In this document: positions 9,955 through 18,929 of the stretch, piece after piece
Layout of the letters: every line of letters starts with the position of its first letter
How positions within the stretch are numbered: the first letter of the stretch is position 1
Source: an uncultured delta proteobacterium
GTDB lineage: Bacteria > Myxococcota_A > Polyangia > Polyangiales > Polyangiaceae
Length of the DNA: 64,000 bases
Reading direction: 5' to 3'
NCBI GenBank assembly: GCA_963841435.1
Contig: CAWJCS010000002.1
Span: 480,001 to 544,000 of the forward strand
Translations under genes and position numbers: made by a program
The notes under the pieces: generated by a model
The model's database searches: none
The model's input: the letters and a program-made list of their open reading frames with translations, nothing else
What the model was told of the DNA's origin: nothing

Positions 9955-10947
9955 GTGCGGAAGTGGGCTCTGCGGCTGCTCCTGGCTCTTGCTGCGCTGT
10001 CGGTCGCAACGAGCGCGCGGGCCACTCCGCGCCGCATCGCGGTACTCCAGCCTGACGGCGAGCTCATCCGCGCGCTGGTTCTGGCGCTCTCGCCCTGGGG
10101 CGTTACGCCCATCCGGAGCGAGGCACCGCCCCCTCAGGGCTCGGCGCCGGAAGCCCTCCGTACGGCTTCGGACGTGGCGCACGAGCTCTTGGTCGAAGCA
10201 GTCGTCTGGGTCTCGACCTCGGAGCAAGGTGCTTTGCTCTGGGTTTTCGATGCGCACACGGGCGAGATCACCACGCGGCTTCTCACCCAGAAGCCGCCGT
10301 TCGACAGCGCCACCGCGGCCGCCGTGGCGCTCAGCGTGAAGACGGTGCTGCGCTCCAGCCAGATCGCCCCGCCCGAAGAACGCCTGGCCGTGCCGCCGCC
10401 GCCGCCGCCGCCGCCGGAGCCGAGGGTCGATCCCACGCTCGCGCTCCAGCTCGGCGGTGGCGTGCAGCTGGTGCGTCCGGGTCGGCTCGCGCTCCGGGGG
10501 GAGCTCGCCGCGCTCGTGTGGATTGCGGCGGCGCGACGCCTCGGCGTCGGGGTGTACGGGGCGACGGGGCCGGAGCTGCGCCTCGAGGAGCCGAGCTTTC
10601 GCGGCCGCTACCGCGAGGACGAGCTCGGCGGCACGGTGCGCCTGCGGGTTCTGCGTACGCCACGGACTTCGATGACGCTGGCACTCGGCGGCGCCGCACA
10701 TTTCAGCACGCTGCGCGGCACACTCCTTCGCGACGCGTGGCCGCGCACCGTGCGTCGCCTCAACGGGTCGCTCGATGCGGAAGCGTCGGCGAGCTTCGAA
10801 GTGGTCGGTGGCGTCTACCTGGGTGCAGCGCTCGGGGGCGCCTATTTCCCGAGATACCGGCGCTACCTCGTCGAGGGCACACCGATTTTCTCGCCCTGGC
10901 CCGTGGCGACCAGCTTGAAAGGCATCCTGGGTGTCGCGCTCTTCTGA
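9955..10947 (+). CDS. Putative outer-membrane protein (periplasmic domain, poly-Pro hinge, beta-barrel-like C-terminus)
   Basis: Signal peptide, PPPPPPPP linker, amphipathic beta-strand pattern, terminal Phe. Confidence 0.65.
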   Translation: MRKWALRLLLALAALSVATSARATPRRIAVLQPDGELIRALVLALSPWGVTPIRSEAPPPQGSAPEALRTASDVAHELLVEAVVWVSTSEQGALLWVFDAHTGEITTRLLTQKPPFDSATAAAVALSVKTVLRSSQIAPPEERLAVPPPPPPPPEPRVDPTLALQLGGGVQLVRPGRLALRGELAALVWIAAARRLGVGVYGATGPELRLEEPSFRGRYREDELGGTVRLRVLRTPRTSMTLALGGAAHFSTLRGTLLRDAWPRTVRRLNGSLDAEASASFEVVGGVYLGAALGGAYFPRYRRYLVEGTPIFSPWPVATSLKGILGVALF

Positions 10948-12649
10948 GAACGCTCGGCGCTCGAGGCGACGGCTGCTCGCGAGCGCGGCTTTGCCGCTGC
11001 TCGGGGTATGCCTGGTCGCGTGCGGTCGCGAGGATATCGAGCTCGCGCGCCCGACGAGCCTTGCGCCCGCCGTGAGCGATTGCAGCGCGGCCGTCCCGGA
11101 AGGGCTCATCGCTGCGCGTCCCCCCATGGGCTGGAACGGCTGGAACGCGTTCGGCTGCTCCCCGACGCTGGACGAGGCGCTCCTCAAGGCCAACGTCAAC
11201 GCGCTCGTGGACAGTGGGATGCAGAGCGCCGGCTACCAGTACGTCAACCTGGACGCCTGTTGGGAAACCGAGCGCGGCGCCGACGGCCAGCGCCAGATCG
11301 ACGCCACGCGTCTGCCGGGCGGAATCGAAGCGTTCGCGGAGTACGTCCACACCCGGGGGCTCTCGCTCGGTATCTACGCGCCGATCGAGACCTGCTCCGC
11401 CGGGCAGGGCATCGAGGGACATGAAGCCGACGACGCGGCCACCTACGCCGCCTGGGGGGTCGACTACGTGAAGCTCTCGCGCTGCGACGGCGGCGCCCAG
11501 GTGAGCGAGGATGCCGGAACGGGCCTCGCCACGGCGATCGACGAAACGGGGCGACCGATGCTGCTGAGCCTGGCGAGCCCCCCTTTCCAGGAGTGGATGC
11601 CGGAGCGGGCGCAGGCCTTTCGGTGCGCGGGCAACATCGAGCCGACCTGGAGCTCGCTGCTGCGCTCGATCGACTCGACCCTGCCGCTGGCGGCGTACGC
11701 GCGCCCCGGGGCCTTCAACGATCCGGACATGCTCGAGATCGGCAACGGAGCGCTCACTCCGGGCGAGCAGCGCGTCCAGCTCGCGGTGTGGTCGATCCTC
11801 TCGGCGCCGCTCCTCGCCGGCAACGACCTCTCGGTGATGACGGAGGAAACGCGCGCCCTGCTCACCAACACCCGCGTCATCGCGCTAAACCAGGATCCGC
11901 TGGGCCTGCAGGCGGCGCTCGTCCGTAGCGAAGGCGACGTCGAGCTGCTCGCCAAGCCGCTCTCCGGCTGCGGCGCCCGCGCGGCCGTGCTCTACAACCG
12001 CGGCGACACGAGCGCCGACATCGCCGTCGCGTGGAACGACCTCTGGCTCGAAGCGGCCGGCGGCGCCGTCCAAAACCTCTGGACCGACTCGCCGGTCGCC
12101 TCGGACACGTCTGGCTTCCGCGTGACGGTGCTGCCGCACGACGCTGTCGCTCTGCGCGTGACGGGCGTCGAGCCCCCGCTGCCGGGCGGTCGTAGCTACC
12201 TCAGTGACCTCCGCCCGAGCTACGCGACGAACGGCTTCGGCCCGTTTGAGCTCGATCAGACCAACGGTGAGGACAGCGCCCTGGATGGCGCACCGATCCG
12301 CCTCAGGGGCGCGGCGTACGACAAGGGCCTCGGGGTTCACGCCCCTTCGCTCCTCCGCTACCGCCTCGGGCGAGCGTGCACGAGGTTCGAAGCCGACGTG
12401 GGGATCGACGACGATCAGCAGGGGCAGGGCTCGGTCGAATTCGAGGTGTGGGCCGACGGCGAGCGCCTGTTCCGCAGCGGTGTGCTCACCGGCTCGAGCC
12501 CGGTGCGCACCGTGAACCTCGACCTGACCGGCCGTCGGGACCTCCGGCTCTTCGTCGGGACCGGGGGCGACACGAACGGCAAGGACCACGGCGTCTGGGC
12601 CGGAGCACGCCTCGACTGCGACCCCGCCGGCACGCCGGCTGGGCCCTGA
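10931..12649 (+). CDS. GH27 (alpha-galactosidase-like) + NPCBM/CBM51 lipoprotein, probably catalytically inactive
   Basis: LVAC lipobox; PPMGWNGWN, FNDPDMLEIGNG, APLLAGND, VIALNQDPLG; NPCBM YDKGLGVHAPS, VGIDD; both catalytic Asp positions substituted. Confidence 0.9.
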   Translation: MSRSSENARRSRRRLLASAALPLLGVCLVACGREDIELARPTSLAPAVSDCSAAVPEGLIAARPPMGWNGWNAFGCSPTLDEALLKANVNALVDSGMQSAGYQYVNLDACWETERGADGQRQIDATRLPGGIEAFAEYVHTRGLSLGIYAPIETCSAGQGIEGHEADDAATYAAWGVDYVKLSRCDGGAQVSEDAGTGLATAIDETGRPMLLSLASPPFQEWMPERAQAFRCAGNIEPTWSSLLRSIDSTLPLAAYARPGAFNDPDMLEIGNGALTPGEQRVQLAVWSILSAPLLAGNDLSVMTEETRALLTNTRVIALNQDPLGLQAALVRSEGDVELLAKPLSGCGARAAVLYNRGDTSADIAVAWNDLWLEAAGGAVQNLWTDSPVASDTSGFRVTVLPHDAVALRVTGVEPPLPGGRSYLSDLRPSYATNGFGPFELDQTNGEDSALDGAPIRLRGAAYDKGLGVHAPSLLRYRLGRACTRFEADVGIDDDQQGQGSVEFEVWADGERLFRSGVLTGSSPVRTVNLDLTGRRDLRLFVGTGGDTNGKDHGVWAGARLDCDPAGTPAGP

Positions 12650-12652
12650 CCC

Positions 12653-12680
12653 GTAACCTTTCACCGCCCCCATTCCACTA
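12653..12680 (+). promoter_or_regulatory. Putative ECF sigma promoter GTAACC-N17-CACTA
   Basis: Identical hexamer, pentamer and 17-nt spacer to 8222-8249; ATG at 12688. Confidence 0.65.
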
Positions 12681-12687
12681 GGTGGGA

Positions 12688-13227
12688 ATGCCGCTCCACG
12701 CGCTTCCGAGCTTGCCGCCGGAGCGGAACATTCCGGATCCAGGAGCGGCCCCCGTGCCCTACGAAGAGCTGGCCACCTACGTGCGAAAGCTGGCGCGGCG
12801 GAGCCTCGGCGCGGGCGCGGACGCGGACGACGTCGTCCAGCAGGTGCTCTTCAGCGTCCTCCGCCACGGCTCCGAGCTTCGCGACCGGGGAGCGCTGCGC
12901 GGGTGGGTGCGCGCCATCACCTTCAGTGTCGTCGCCGATGTCATCCGGCGGCGCCGGACGTGGCGGGTGGTCGAGCTCGATGCCGCCCGACAGCGAAGCG
13001 GCGACCTCGTACGCACCGTCGAGATGCGCGAGCTCCTCGCACGCCTGCAGTCGATGATCGAGCGCCTCCCACCCGCCGAGCAGTCGGCCTTCGTGATGCG
13101 CTACGTCGAAGGTCGCAAGGTCAACGAAGTCGCCCGCAGCGAGGGCTACTCGCGCGCGACCGCGCGGCGGCGCCTGGTCAGGGCGGAGCGGATCCTGAAG
13201 ACGCTGGCGACGCAGATGGCGTCATAG
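12688..13227 (+). CDS. ECF sigma-70 factor (no adjacent anti-sigma)
   Basis: DADDVVQQVL..LRGWV region 2; IERLPPAEQSAFVMRYVEG..EVA region 4. Confidence 0.85.
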   Translation: MPLHALPSLPPERNIPDPGAAPVPYEELATYVRKLARRSLGAGADADDVVQQVLFSVLRHGSELRDRGALRGWVRAITFSVVADVIRRRRTWRVVELDAARQRSGDLVRTVEMRELLARLQSMIERLPPAEQSAFVMRYVEGRKVNEVARSEGYSRATARRRLVRAERILKTLATQMAS

Positions 13228-13282
13228 CGTTGGGAGAGCTTCACGTTTCAGCCCGAAACTCGGGTCAGAAGGACACGCGCGG

Positions 13283-13834
13283 TCAGCCGCGGCAGACGCT
13301 GGGTGCCGCGCACGTGCGCTGCCCGCTCGGCAACGCGGCGCAGCAGCCCCGGCGGCAATCGCCGTCAACGTCGCAGCGCTCCGCGCAGTAGGCGATGCCC
13401 CCTGACACGTCGCGCGGGTCCGAGATGCAAACCCAACCGCTCGAGCAGTCGCTGTCCGAGTCGCAAGGGCCCTCGGGGGTGCGGCAGTAGCGGTCTCCGG
13501 CGGTCCCCGTCACACACGATGCAGCGCCGCAGTCCGAGTCCGTCTCGCAGGCAAACTTGGCAGACGGGCAGTAGAGCGTGCCGCGGTGATCGACGGCGCA
13601 CACGCCGCTCTCGGGGCAACCCTCGGACGATGCGCACATCCCGACGACGCACGTCGGGTGGCCGCTCTGGTCGAGGTCAACGCAGATGGCGTCCGTCGGC
13701 ATGGGATCGCTGCAATCCGCATCCGACTTGCACGGCGGAACCTCGCCGCCGAGCACCGAATCGCCGTCGACGCTGCACCCTGCCGCCAGCCACGCGACCA
13801 CGCCCGCAAGCACCGTGCCGAGTCCTCTGCCCAT
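13283..13834 (-). CDS. Cys-rich repeat lipoprotein
   Basis: LAAGC lipobox; repeated CxxDxDC modules. Confidence 0.75.
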   Translation of the reverse strand: MGRGLGTVLAGVVAWLAAGCSVDGDSVLGGEVPPCKSDADCSDPMPTDAICVDLDQSGHPTCVVGMCASSEGCPESGVCAVDHRGTLYCPSAKFACETDSDCGAASCVTGTAGDRYCRTPEGPCDSDSDCSSGWVCISDPRDVSGGIAYCAERCDVDGDCRRGCCAALPSGQRTCAAPSVCRG

Positions 13835-13997
13835 GGCGCCCAAGCTCTCGCCGGTCGTAGCCGGCGTCAACGACGCCGCGCTCGGCAACGCCTCCGACCC
13901 GTCATCGACGGTGAGAGCTACCGGGCCCGCCCCGGGACCTTCGTCGGGAAGCGTGCAGGTAGTCGAGCTTCTGCGTGAAGCCGGCGAGCGGCGGCCG

Positions 13998-15119
13998 TCA
14001 CGCGGTGCGCTTCTTGTAGCTCCACATCGCGAGGGCGTTGAACACCACGGCGAAGCCGCCCAGCTTGAGCAGCACGGGCGCGAGGTCCCTGAGGGTGCTG
14101 CCCTTGATGTAGACCGCGCGCACGACCGTGATGAGATACGACGGCGGGTTGAAGGCGGCGATATCCTGCGCCCAGCCCGGCATGCTCTCGATCGGCGTGT
14201 ACAGGCCACTCAGCAAGATGAAGATCATCATGATGAAGAACGAGAGCAGCGTGGCCTGCTGCTGGCTCTCGGTGATGGTGCTGATGAACAGCCCGATGCC
14301 CAAAACACCCACCAAGTAGAGAGCCGAGAAGACGTAGAGCGTGAAGAGCGAGCCAAGTGGCCAGAGCCCGAACACGACGAGCGCGACCACGATGCCGATC
14401 GAGATGGACACCATGCCGAGCACCCAGAAGGGGATGAGCTTGCCCAAAATGAACTCGACCTTGCGGATCGGCGTCACGTTGATCTGCTCGATGGTTCCGG
14501 CTTCTTTCTCTTGGACGATGTTGAGCGAGGACAGGAACGCCCCCACCATCGTCACCAGAATCGGCAGCAGGCCAGGAACCATGAACGCCGCGTAGTTGAC
14601 GTGAGGGTTGTACCAGCTGGCGGTCGTGACCTCGATCGTCGGCGCCTGAGGACTCGGCGAGGCAGGCATGGACTCGGCTCCGAGCTCGCCCTGAAACTGC
14701 CGGACCATCGACAGCGCGTAGCTGGTCCCCAGGCCCGCACGCACGCCATTGACCGCGTCGGCAACCAGCTGCAGCGAGGCGTGCCCGGTCGTCGTCAGAT
14801 CGCGCTCGAAATCGTGCGGAATGGTCAGCACGATGTCGGCGCGGCCGTCCTCCATGAGCTGGGTCCCCGTGCGGTAGTCGGGTGGGGCCGCCACGATGCG
14901 GAAGTAGTTGGAGGCCCCGACCTTCTGGATCAGCCGCTGGGAGTCGCTCGAGTGATCCTGGTCCACGATAGCGATCGAGATGTGCTTGACCTCGTAGTCC
15001 GCGGCCAGCGGAATGAGCACGAGCTGCACCACCGGCATGATGAAGATCAGCCGCAAGATGGCTCTGTCACGGAAGATGAGCAAAAACTCCTTCTGCAAGA
15101 GGAAGTAGAGATTGCGCAT
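13998..15119 (-). CDS. ABC-2 type permease (YbhR-like)
   Basis: KEFLLIFRD, WYNP, EKEAGTIEQINVTP, LSGLYTPIESMP. Confidence 0.92.
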   Translation of the reverse strand: MRNLYFLLQKEFLLIFRDRAILRLIFIMPVVQLVLIPLAADYEVKHISIAIVDQDHSSDSQRLIQKVGASNYFRIVAAPPDYRTGTQLMEDGRADIVLTIPHDFERDLTTTGHASLQLVADAVNGVRAGLGTSYALSMVRQFQGELGAESMPASPSPQAPTIEVTTASWYNPHVNYAAFMVPGLLPILVTMVGAFLSSLNIVQEKEAGTIEQINVTPIRKVEFILGKLIPFWVLGMVSISIGIVVALVVFGLWPLGSLFTLYVFSALYLVGVLGIGLFISTITESQQQATLLSFFIMMIFILLSGLYTPIESMPGWAQDIAAFNPPSYLITVVRAVYIKGSTLRDLAPVLLKLGGFAVVFNALAMWSYKKRTA

Positions 15120-15122
15120 GCG

Positions 15123-16271
15123 CTAAAGCCTCTGCTTGAAGGTCCGCCAGGCGATGGCCATCAGCGCCAGCGTCATGCCGGCGAGGACCAGCGTCGGCTC
15201 GATGATGGCCGAAAAACCGAGGTGCTTGATCATCACGCTGCTCGCGATCAGATAGAACCACCTCGTGGGGATGACGTGGCTGATCACCCGCAAGGCGAGG
15301 GGCATGTTCTCGATGGGGAACATGAACCCGCTGAACACCAATGCCGGCATCAATAGGCCCACCAGCGAGACGAACATGGCCGTCTGCTGCTGCTCGACCA
15401 CGTTCGATATCACGAGGCCGAGCGAGAGCGTCGTCACGATGAACAGCAGGCTCTCCGCGACGAGCAGCGGGATATTGGCGCCACGCGGCATGTCCATCAG
15501 GCCATAGGACAAGAGCAGGATGATCAGCACGTCGATCAGGCAGAGCACCAGGTAGGGCACGGCCTTGCCGATGATCAGGCTGAGCGGATGCATGGGTGAG
15601 ACGAGCAGCACCTCCATGGTGCCGCGCTCCTTCTCGCGCACGATCGAGACGGACGTCATCATGGCGCCCAGCAGCATCACGATCAGCGTCATGACGCCCG
15701 GGACGAACATGTAGCTGCTCTTGAGCTGGGGGTTGTAAAGCATGCGAGTTTCGACGTTGATGGCTCCTGCCCGGACCGGAGCCTTCGTCAGGTCCGCCTG
15801 GTACTGACCGACGATGGCCGCCGCGTAGTTGGTGACGGTGCTGGCGGTGTTCGGATCGGAGGCGTCCGCGACCAGACGGATTTGGGCGTGACCGAGGTGC
15901 CTGAGGTCATGGTCGAATTCTGGGAGGAACACCACGGCAAGGCGTGCGTCGCCGCGCCGGAAGCGCTCGCCGACCTCGGCCTCGCTCTTTACATGGCCCG
16001 AGAAGGTGAAATATTTGCTCTCGGCGATGCGGTCGATGAGCCCAATCGTCAACGCGTCGGGCACGCGGTCCAGGACGACGAAGTTGCTGTTCTTGACCTC
16101 GTTCGACAGAGCAAAGCCGAAGAGCGTCATCATGACGACCGGCAGGCCCAGGAGAATGAGCAGGCTCCTCCGGTCGCGCACGACGTGCTTGGCTTCCTTG
16201 AGCACGAAAGCGACGAACATCCGGATCGCGCTGACCCGGTGCTCCGGGCCCTCGGTCGCTTCAGTCGCCAT
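15123..16271 (-). CDS. ABC-2 type permease (YbhS-like)
   Basis: KEAKHVVRDRR, YNPQLKSS..VPG, REKERGTME, SGFMFPIENMP. Confidence 0.92.
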   Translation of the reverse strand: MATEATEGPEHRVSAIRMFVAFVLKEAKHVVRDRRSLLILLGLPVVMMTLFGFALSNEVKNSNFVVLDRVPDALTIGLIDRIAESKYFTFSGHVKSEAEVGERFRRGDARLAVVFLPEFDHDLRHLGHAQIRLVADASDPNTASTVTNYAAAIVGQYQADLTKAPVRAGAINVETRMLYNPQLKSSYMFVPGVMTLIVMLLGAMMTSVSIVREKERGTMEVLLVSPMHPLSLIIGKAVPYLVLCLIDVLIILLLSYGLMDMPRGANIPLLVAESLLFIVTTLSLGLVISNVVEQQQTAMFVSLVGLLMPALVFSGFMFPIENMPLALRVISHVIPTRWFYLIASSVMIKHLGFSAIIEPTLVLAGMTLALMAIAWRTFKQRL

Positions 16272-17004
16272 GGCGCTTCGCCTTTCGTGCCAGCGCGACG
16301 AACACCTCTTCGACCGAGGCCACCCCGTACTCCGCGCACAGCTCGGCGGGCTTTCCCATCGCGGCGATCGCTCCGTCAACCATGATCGACACGCGATCGC
16401 AGTACTCGGCCTCGTCCATGTAGTGAGTCGTCACGAACACGGTTACCCCGCGCGACGACGCCTCGAAGATCATGTCCCAAAACTGTCGCCGCACGATGGG
16501 ATCGACGCCGCCCGTGGGCTCGTCCAAAAAGACCACCTTCGGCTGGTGCACCGTGGCGACCGCGAAGCTGATGCGCTGCTTCCAGCCGAGCGGCAGATCG
16601 TCCACCCGCGTATCGGCGGCCGAGGTCAGCCGCAGCCGCTCGAGGATCTCACTCGTCTTGTCTTTGACCTCCTGGAGCGGCAGCCCGTAGATGCCGGCAA
16701 AGAAGCGGATGTTCTGGCGCACGCTGAGCCTGCCGTAGAGCGAGAACTTCTGGCTCATGTAGCCAATCCGCTTCTTGATCTGCTCGGACTGGGTCATGGC
16801 GTCGAAGCCCGCGACCGTCGCGCGTCCCGAGGTCGGCTCGAGCAGCCCGCAGAAGATCCGCATCGCCGTGGTCTTGCCCGCGCCGTTGGCGCCGAGAAAA
16901 CCGAAGATCTCGCCCGCGGCCACCTGGAGATTGATGGCGTCGACCGCCGTGAACGAGCCGAAGCGGCGCGTCAGGTTCTCGGCCTCGATGACCCACTCAG
17001 TCAT
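16261..17004 (-). CDS. ABC transporter ATP-binding protein
   Basis: Walker A GANGAGKTT, LPLGWKQR, FLDEPTGGVDP. Confidence 0.95.
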   Translation of the reverse strand: MTEWVIEAENLTRRFGSFTAVDAINLQVAAGEIFGFLGANGAGKTTAMRIFCGLLEPTSGRATVAGFDAMTQSEQIKKRIGYMSQKFSLYGRLSVRQNIRFFAGIYGLPLQEVKDKTSEILERLRLTSAADTRVDDLPLGWKQRISFAVATVHQPKVVFLDEPTGGVDPIVRRQFWDMIFEASSRGVTVFVTTHYMDEAEYCDRVSIMVDGAIAAMGKPAELCAEYGVASVEEVFVALARKAKRHGD

Positions 17005-17923
17005 GGGCCTCTCCGTGGATGAGATCGATGAAGACATCTTCCACGTTCGGCTCGATCGCGCGCACCGACGCCGCCTGGTGCCCGAGCCCACGCAGGTAGG
17101 CGAGCACGGCTTCGGGACCTCCGGCGTCGGCCTGGAGCACCAGGTGGTGCTCTCGTCCGAACGCGAAGCAGTAGCGGGTCCCGGGGTAGGCCCGGAGATC
17201 CTTGAGAATCGGAAAGAGTCGATCGCCGCTCACGGCGTAGGTCTCGGTGGCATGGCGCTCGAGCAGCGCGGCCAGCGTGTCGAGCGCGATGATCTTGCCC
17301 TTCTGTACGAGCGCGATCCGGTCGCAGCGCGCCGCCTCGTCCATGTACGGTGTCGAGACGACGATGGTGATGCCGCCTTCGCGCAAGCGTCCGAGCATGC
17401 TCCAGAAGTCCTTGCGCGAGACGGGATCGACGCCGGTGGTCGGCTCGTCCAAAAACAGCACCTTGGGCGCATGAATGAGCGCGCAGCAGAGGGCCAGCTT
17501 CTGCTTCATGCCGCCCGACAGCTTGCCCGCCAGGCGCGTCTTGAACGGCTCGAGCTGCGTGTAGATGTCGGAGACGAGGTGGTAATTGGCCTCGACCGTC
17601 GTGCCGAACACCGTGGCAAAGAACGCCAAATTCTCGGCCACGGACAGATCCTGATAGAGCGAGAAGCGCCCCGGCATGTAGCCGACCAGCGCGCGGATGG
17701 CGCGGAAGTCCTGCACCACGTCGTGCCCGAGCACGCTGGCCCGGCCGCGATCGGCCAAAAGGAGCGTGGTCAGGATGCGGATTAGCGTGGTCTTGCCCGC
17801 ACCGTCCGGGCCGATGAGGCCGAAGATCTCGCCCGGCGCGACCTCGAACGACAGGTCGTCCAACGCCGGCGCGTCGGCGCGCGGGTAGCGCTTGCAGAGA
17901 CGATCGACGACCACGGCCGGCAT
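16997..17923 (-). CDS. ABC transporter ATP-binding protein
   Basis: GPDGAGKTT, LSGGMKQK, FLDEPTTGVDP. Confidence 0.95.
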   Translation of the reverse strand: MPAVVVDRLCKRYPRADAPALDDLSFEVAPGEIFGLIGPDGAGKTTLIRILTTLLLADRGRASVLGHDVVQDFRAIRALVGYMPGRFSLYQDLSVAENLAFFATVFGTTVEANYHLVSDIYTQLEPFKTRLAGKLSGGMKQKLALCCALIHAPKVLFLDEPTTGVDPVSRKDFWSMLGRLREGGITIVVSTPYMDEAARCDRIALVQKGKIIALDTLAALLERHATETYAVSGDRLFPILKDLRAYPGTRYCFAFGREHHLVLQADAGGPEAVLAYLRGLGHQAASVRAIEPNVEDVFIDLIHGEAHD

Positions 17924-17939
17924 CAGTGCACCGCCCTCG

Positions 17940-18929
17940 TCACCGGAACGAGACCTCGGCGTACATGCCGAGCTTGAGCGTCCCGTCGTTCTGGACGCGG
18001 ATCTTGATGGCGTACACGAGGTTGGAGCGCTCGCTCTTGGTTTGAATCGTCTTGGGCGTGAACTCCGCCTTGTCGGACACCCAGGTGAGCGTGCCCGGTA
18101 GTTCGCGGTACGCCTTTTCGCCCGCGTCGATGAACACGCGCACCTTCTGGTTGAGCTTCACCTGGGCGAGCTGATCGCCGGTGATGTACGCGCGGAGCTC
18201 GATGTGGCTGAGATCCGCGATGCGGTAGAGCGGCTTACCGGGGGTAGCGAATTCGTACTGCTCCGCGTACTTGGTGAGCACGGTGCCGGCGATGGGATTG
18301 ATCACCTTGCATTTCTTGATCTGGTCATCGATCGCGGCGATGCGTGCTTGAGTGGGCGAGCGTTCGCTCTCGGTGGCTCGGTTCTGCAGAGCCACCTGAT
18401 CCTTGTACGACGCGGCTCGTTGATGGGTGATCGCAATCTGGCTCTTGGTCGAGGCCATCTGTCGCTTGAGGACGGCGATCTGGCCTTCGATGTCCGTCAG
18501 CTGCTTGGCGGGCGCGGCCTTCGCCTCCACGAGCGTGGTGAAGCGCCGGCGCTCGCGCTCGAGCACGTCGAGCTGCTCGGCCTGCACGGCCAGCTGCGAC
18601 TCGGTCGTCTTGGCCTCTTCCCGCAAGATCTGGAGCTGAGGCTTGGCCTCGGTCGTGCGGTCGCCGATGGCGAGCTCGGACGCCCGAACCTGGTTTCGCT
18701 GCAAGACGAGCTGCTGGCAATCGATCTCGGCCGCGAGGGCATCGGCCGCCAGCGTTTGGCCCTCCAGGATGGGCATGGCGATGATTTGCCCGGCGACTTC
18801 GGCCGCGATGATGGTGTCGCGAGCCTCGAAGACGCCGCTGGCGTCGTGCTCGTCCTTCCGGGTGGAGCAGCCCGCGGCGAGGACGAGCAGTGCGGCAAGA
18901 AGCGTGCGTGGGAGTTGTCCGTGGTTCAT
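17940..18929 (-). CDS. HlyD-family periplasmic adaptor (YbhG-like) lipoprotein
   Basis: LAAGC, SGVFEA, coiled coil, AEFTPKTIQT..R..LVYAIK. Confidence 0.92.
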   Translation of the reverse strand: MNHGQLPRTLLAALLVLAAGCSTRKDEHDASGVFEARDTIIAAEVAGQIIAMPILEGQTLAADALAAEIDCQQLVLQRNQVRASELAIGDRTTEAKPQLQILREEAKTTESQLAVQAEQLDVLERERRRFTTLVEAKAAPAKQLTDIEGQIAVLKRQMASTKSQIAITHQRAASYKDQVALQNRATESERSPTQARIAAIDDQIKKCKVINPIAGTVLTKYAEQYEFATPGKPLYRIADLSHIELRAYITGDQLAQVKLNQKVRVFIDAGEKAYRELPGTLTWVSDKAEFTPKTIQTKSERSNLVYAIKIRVQNDGTLKLGMYAEVSFR

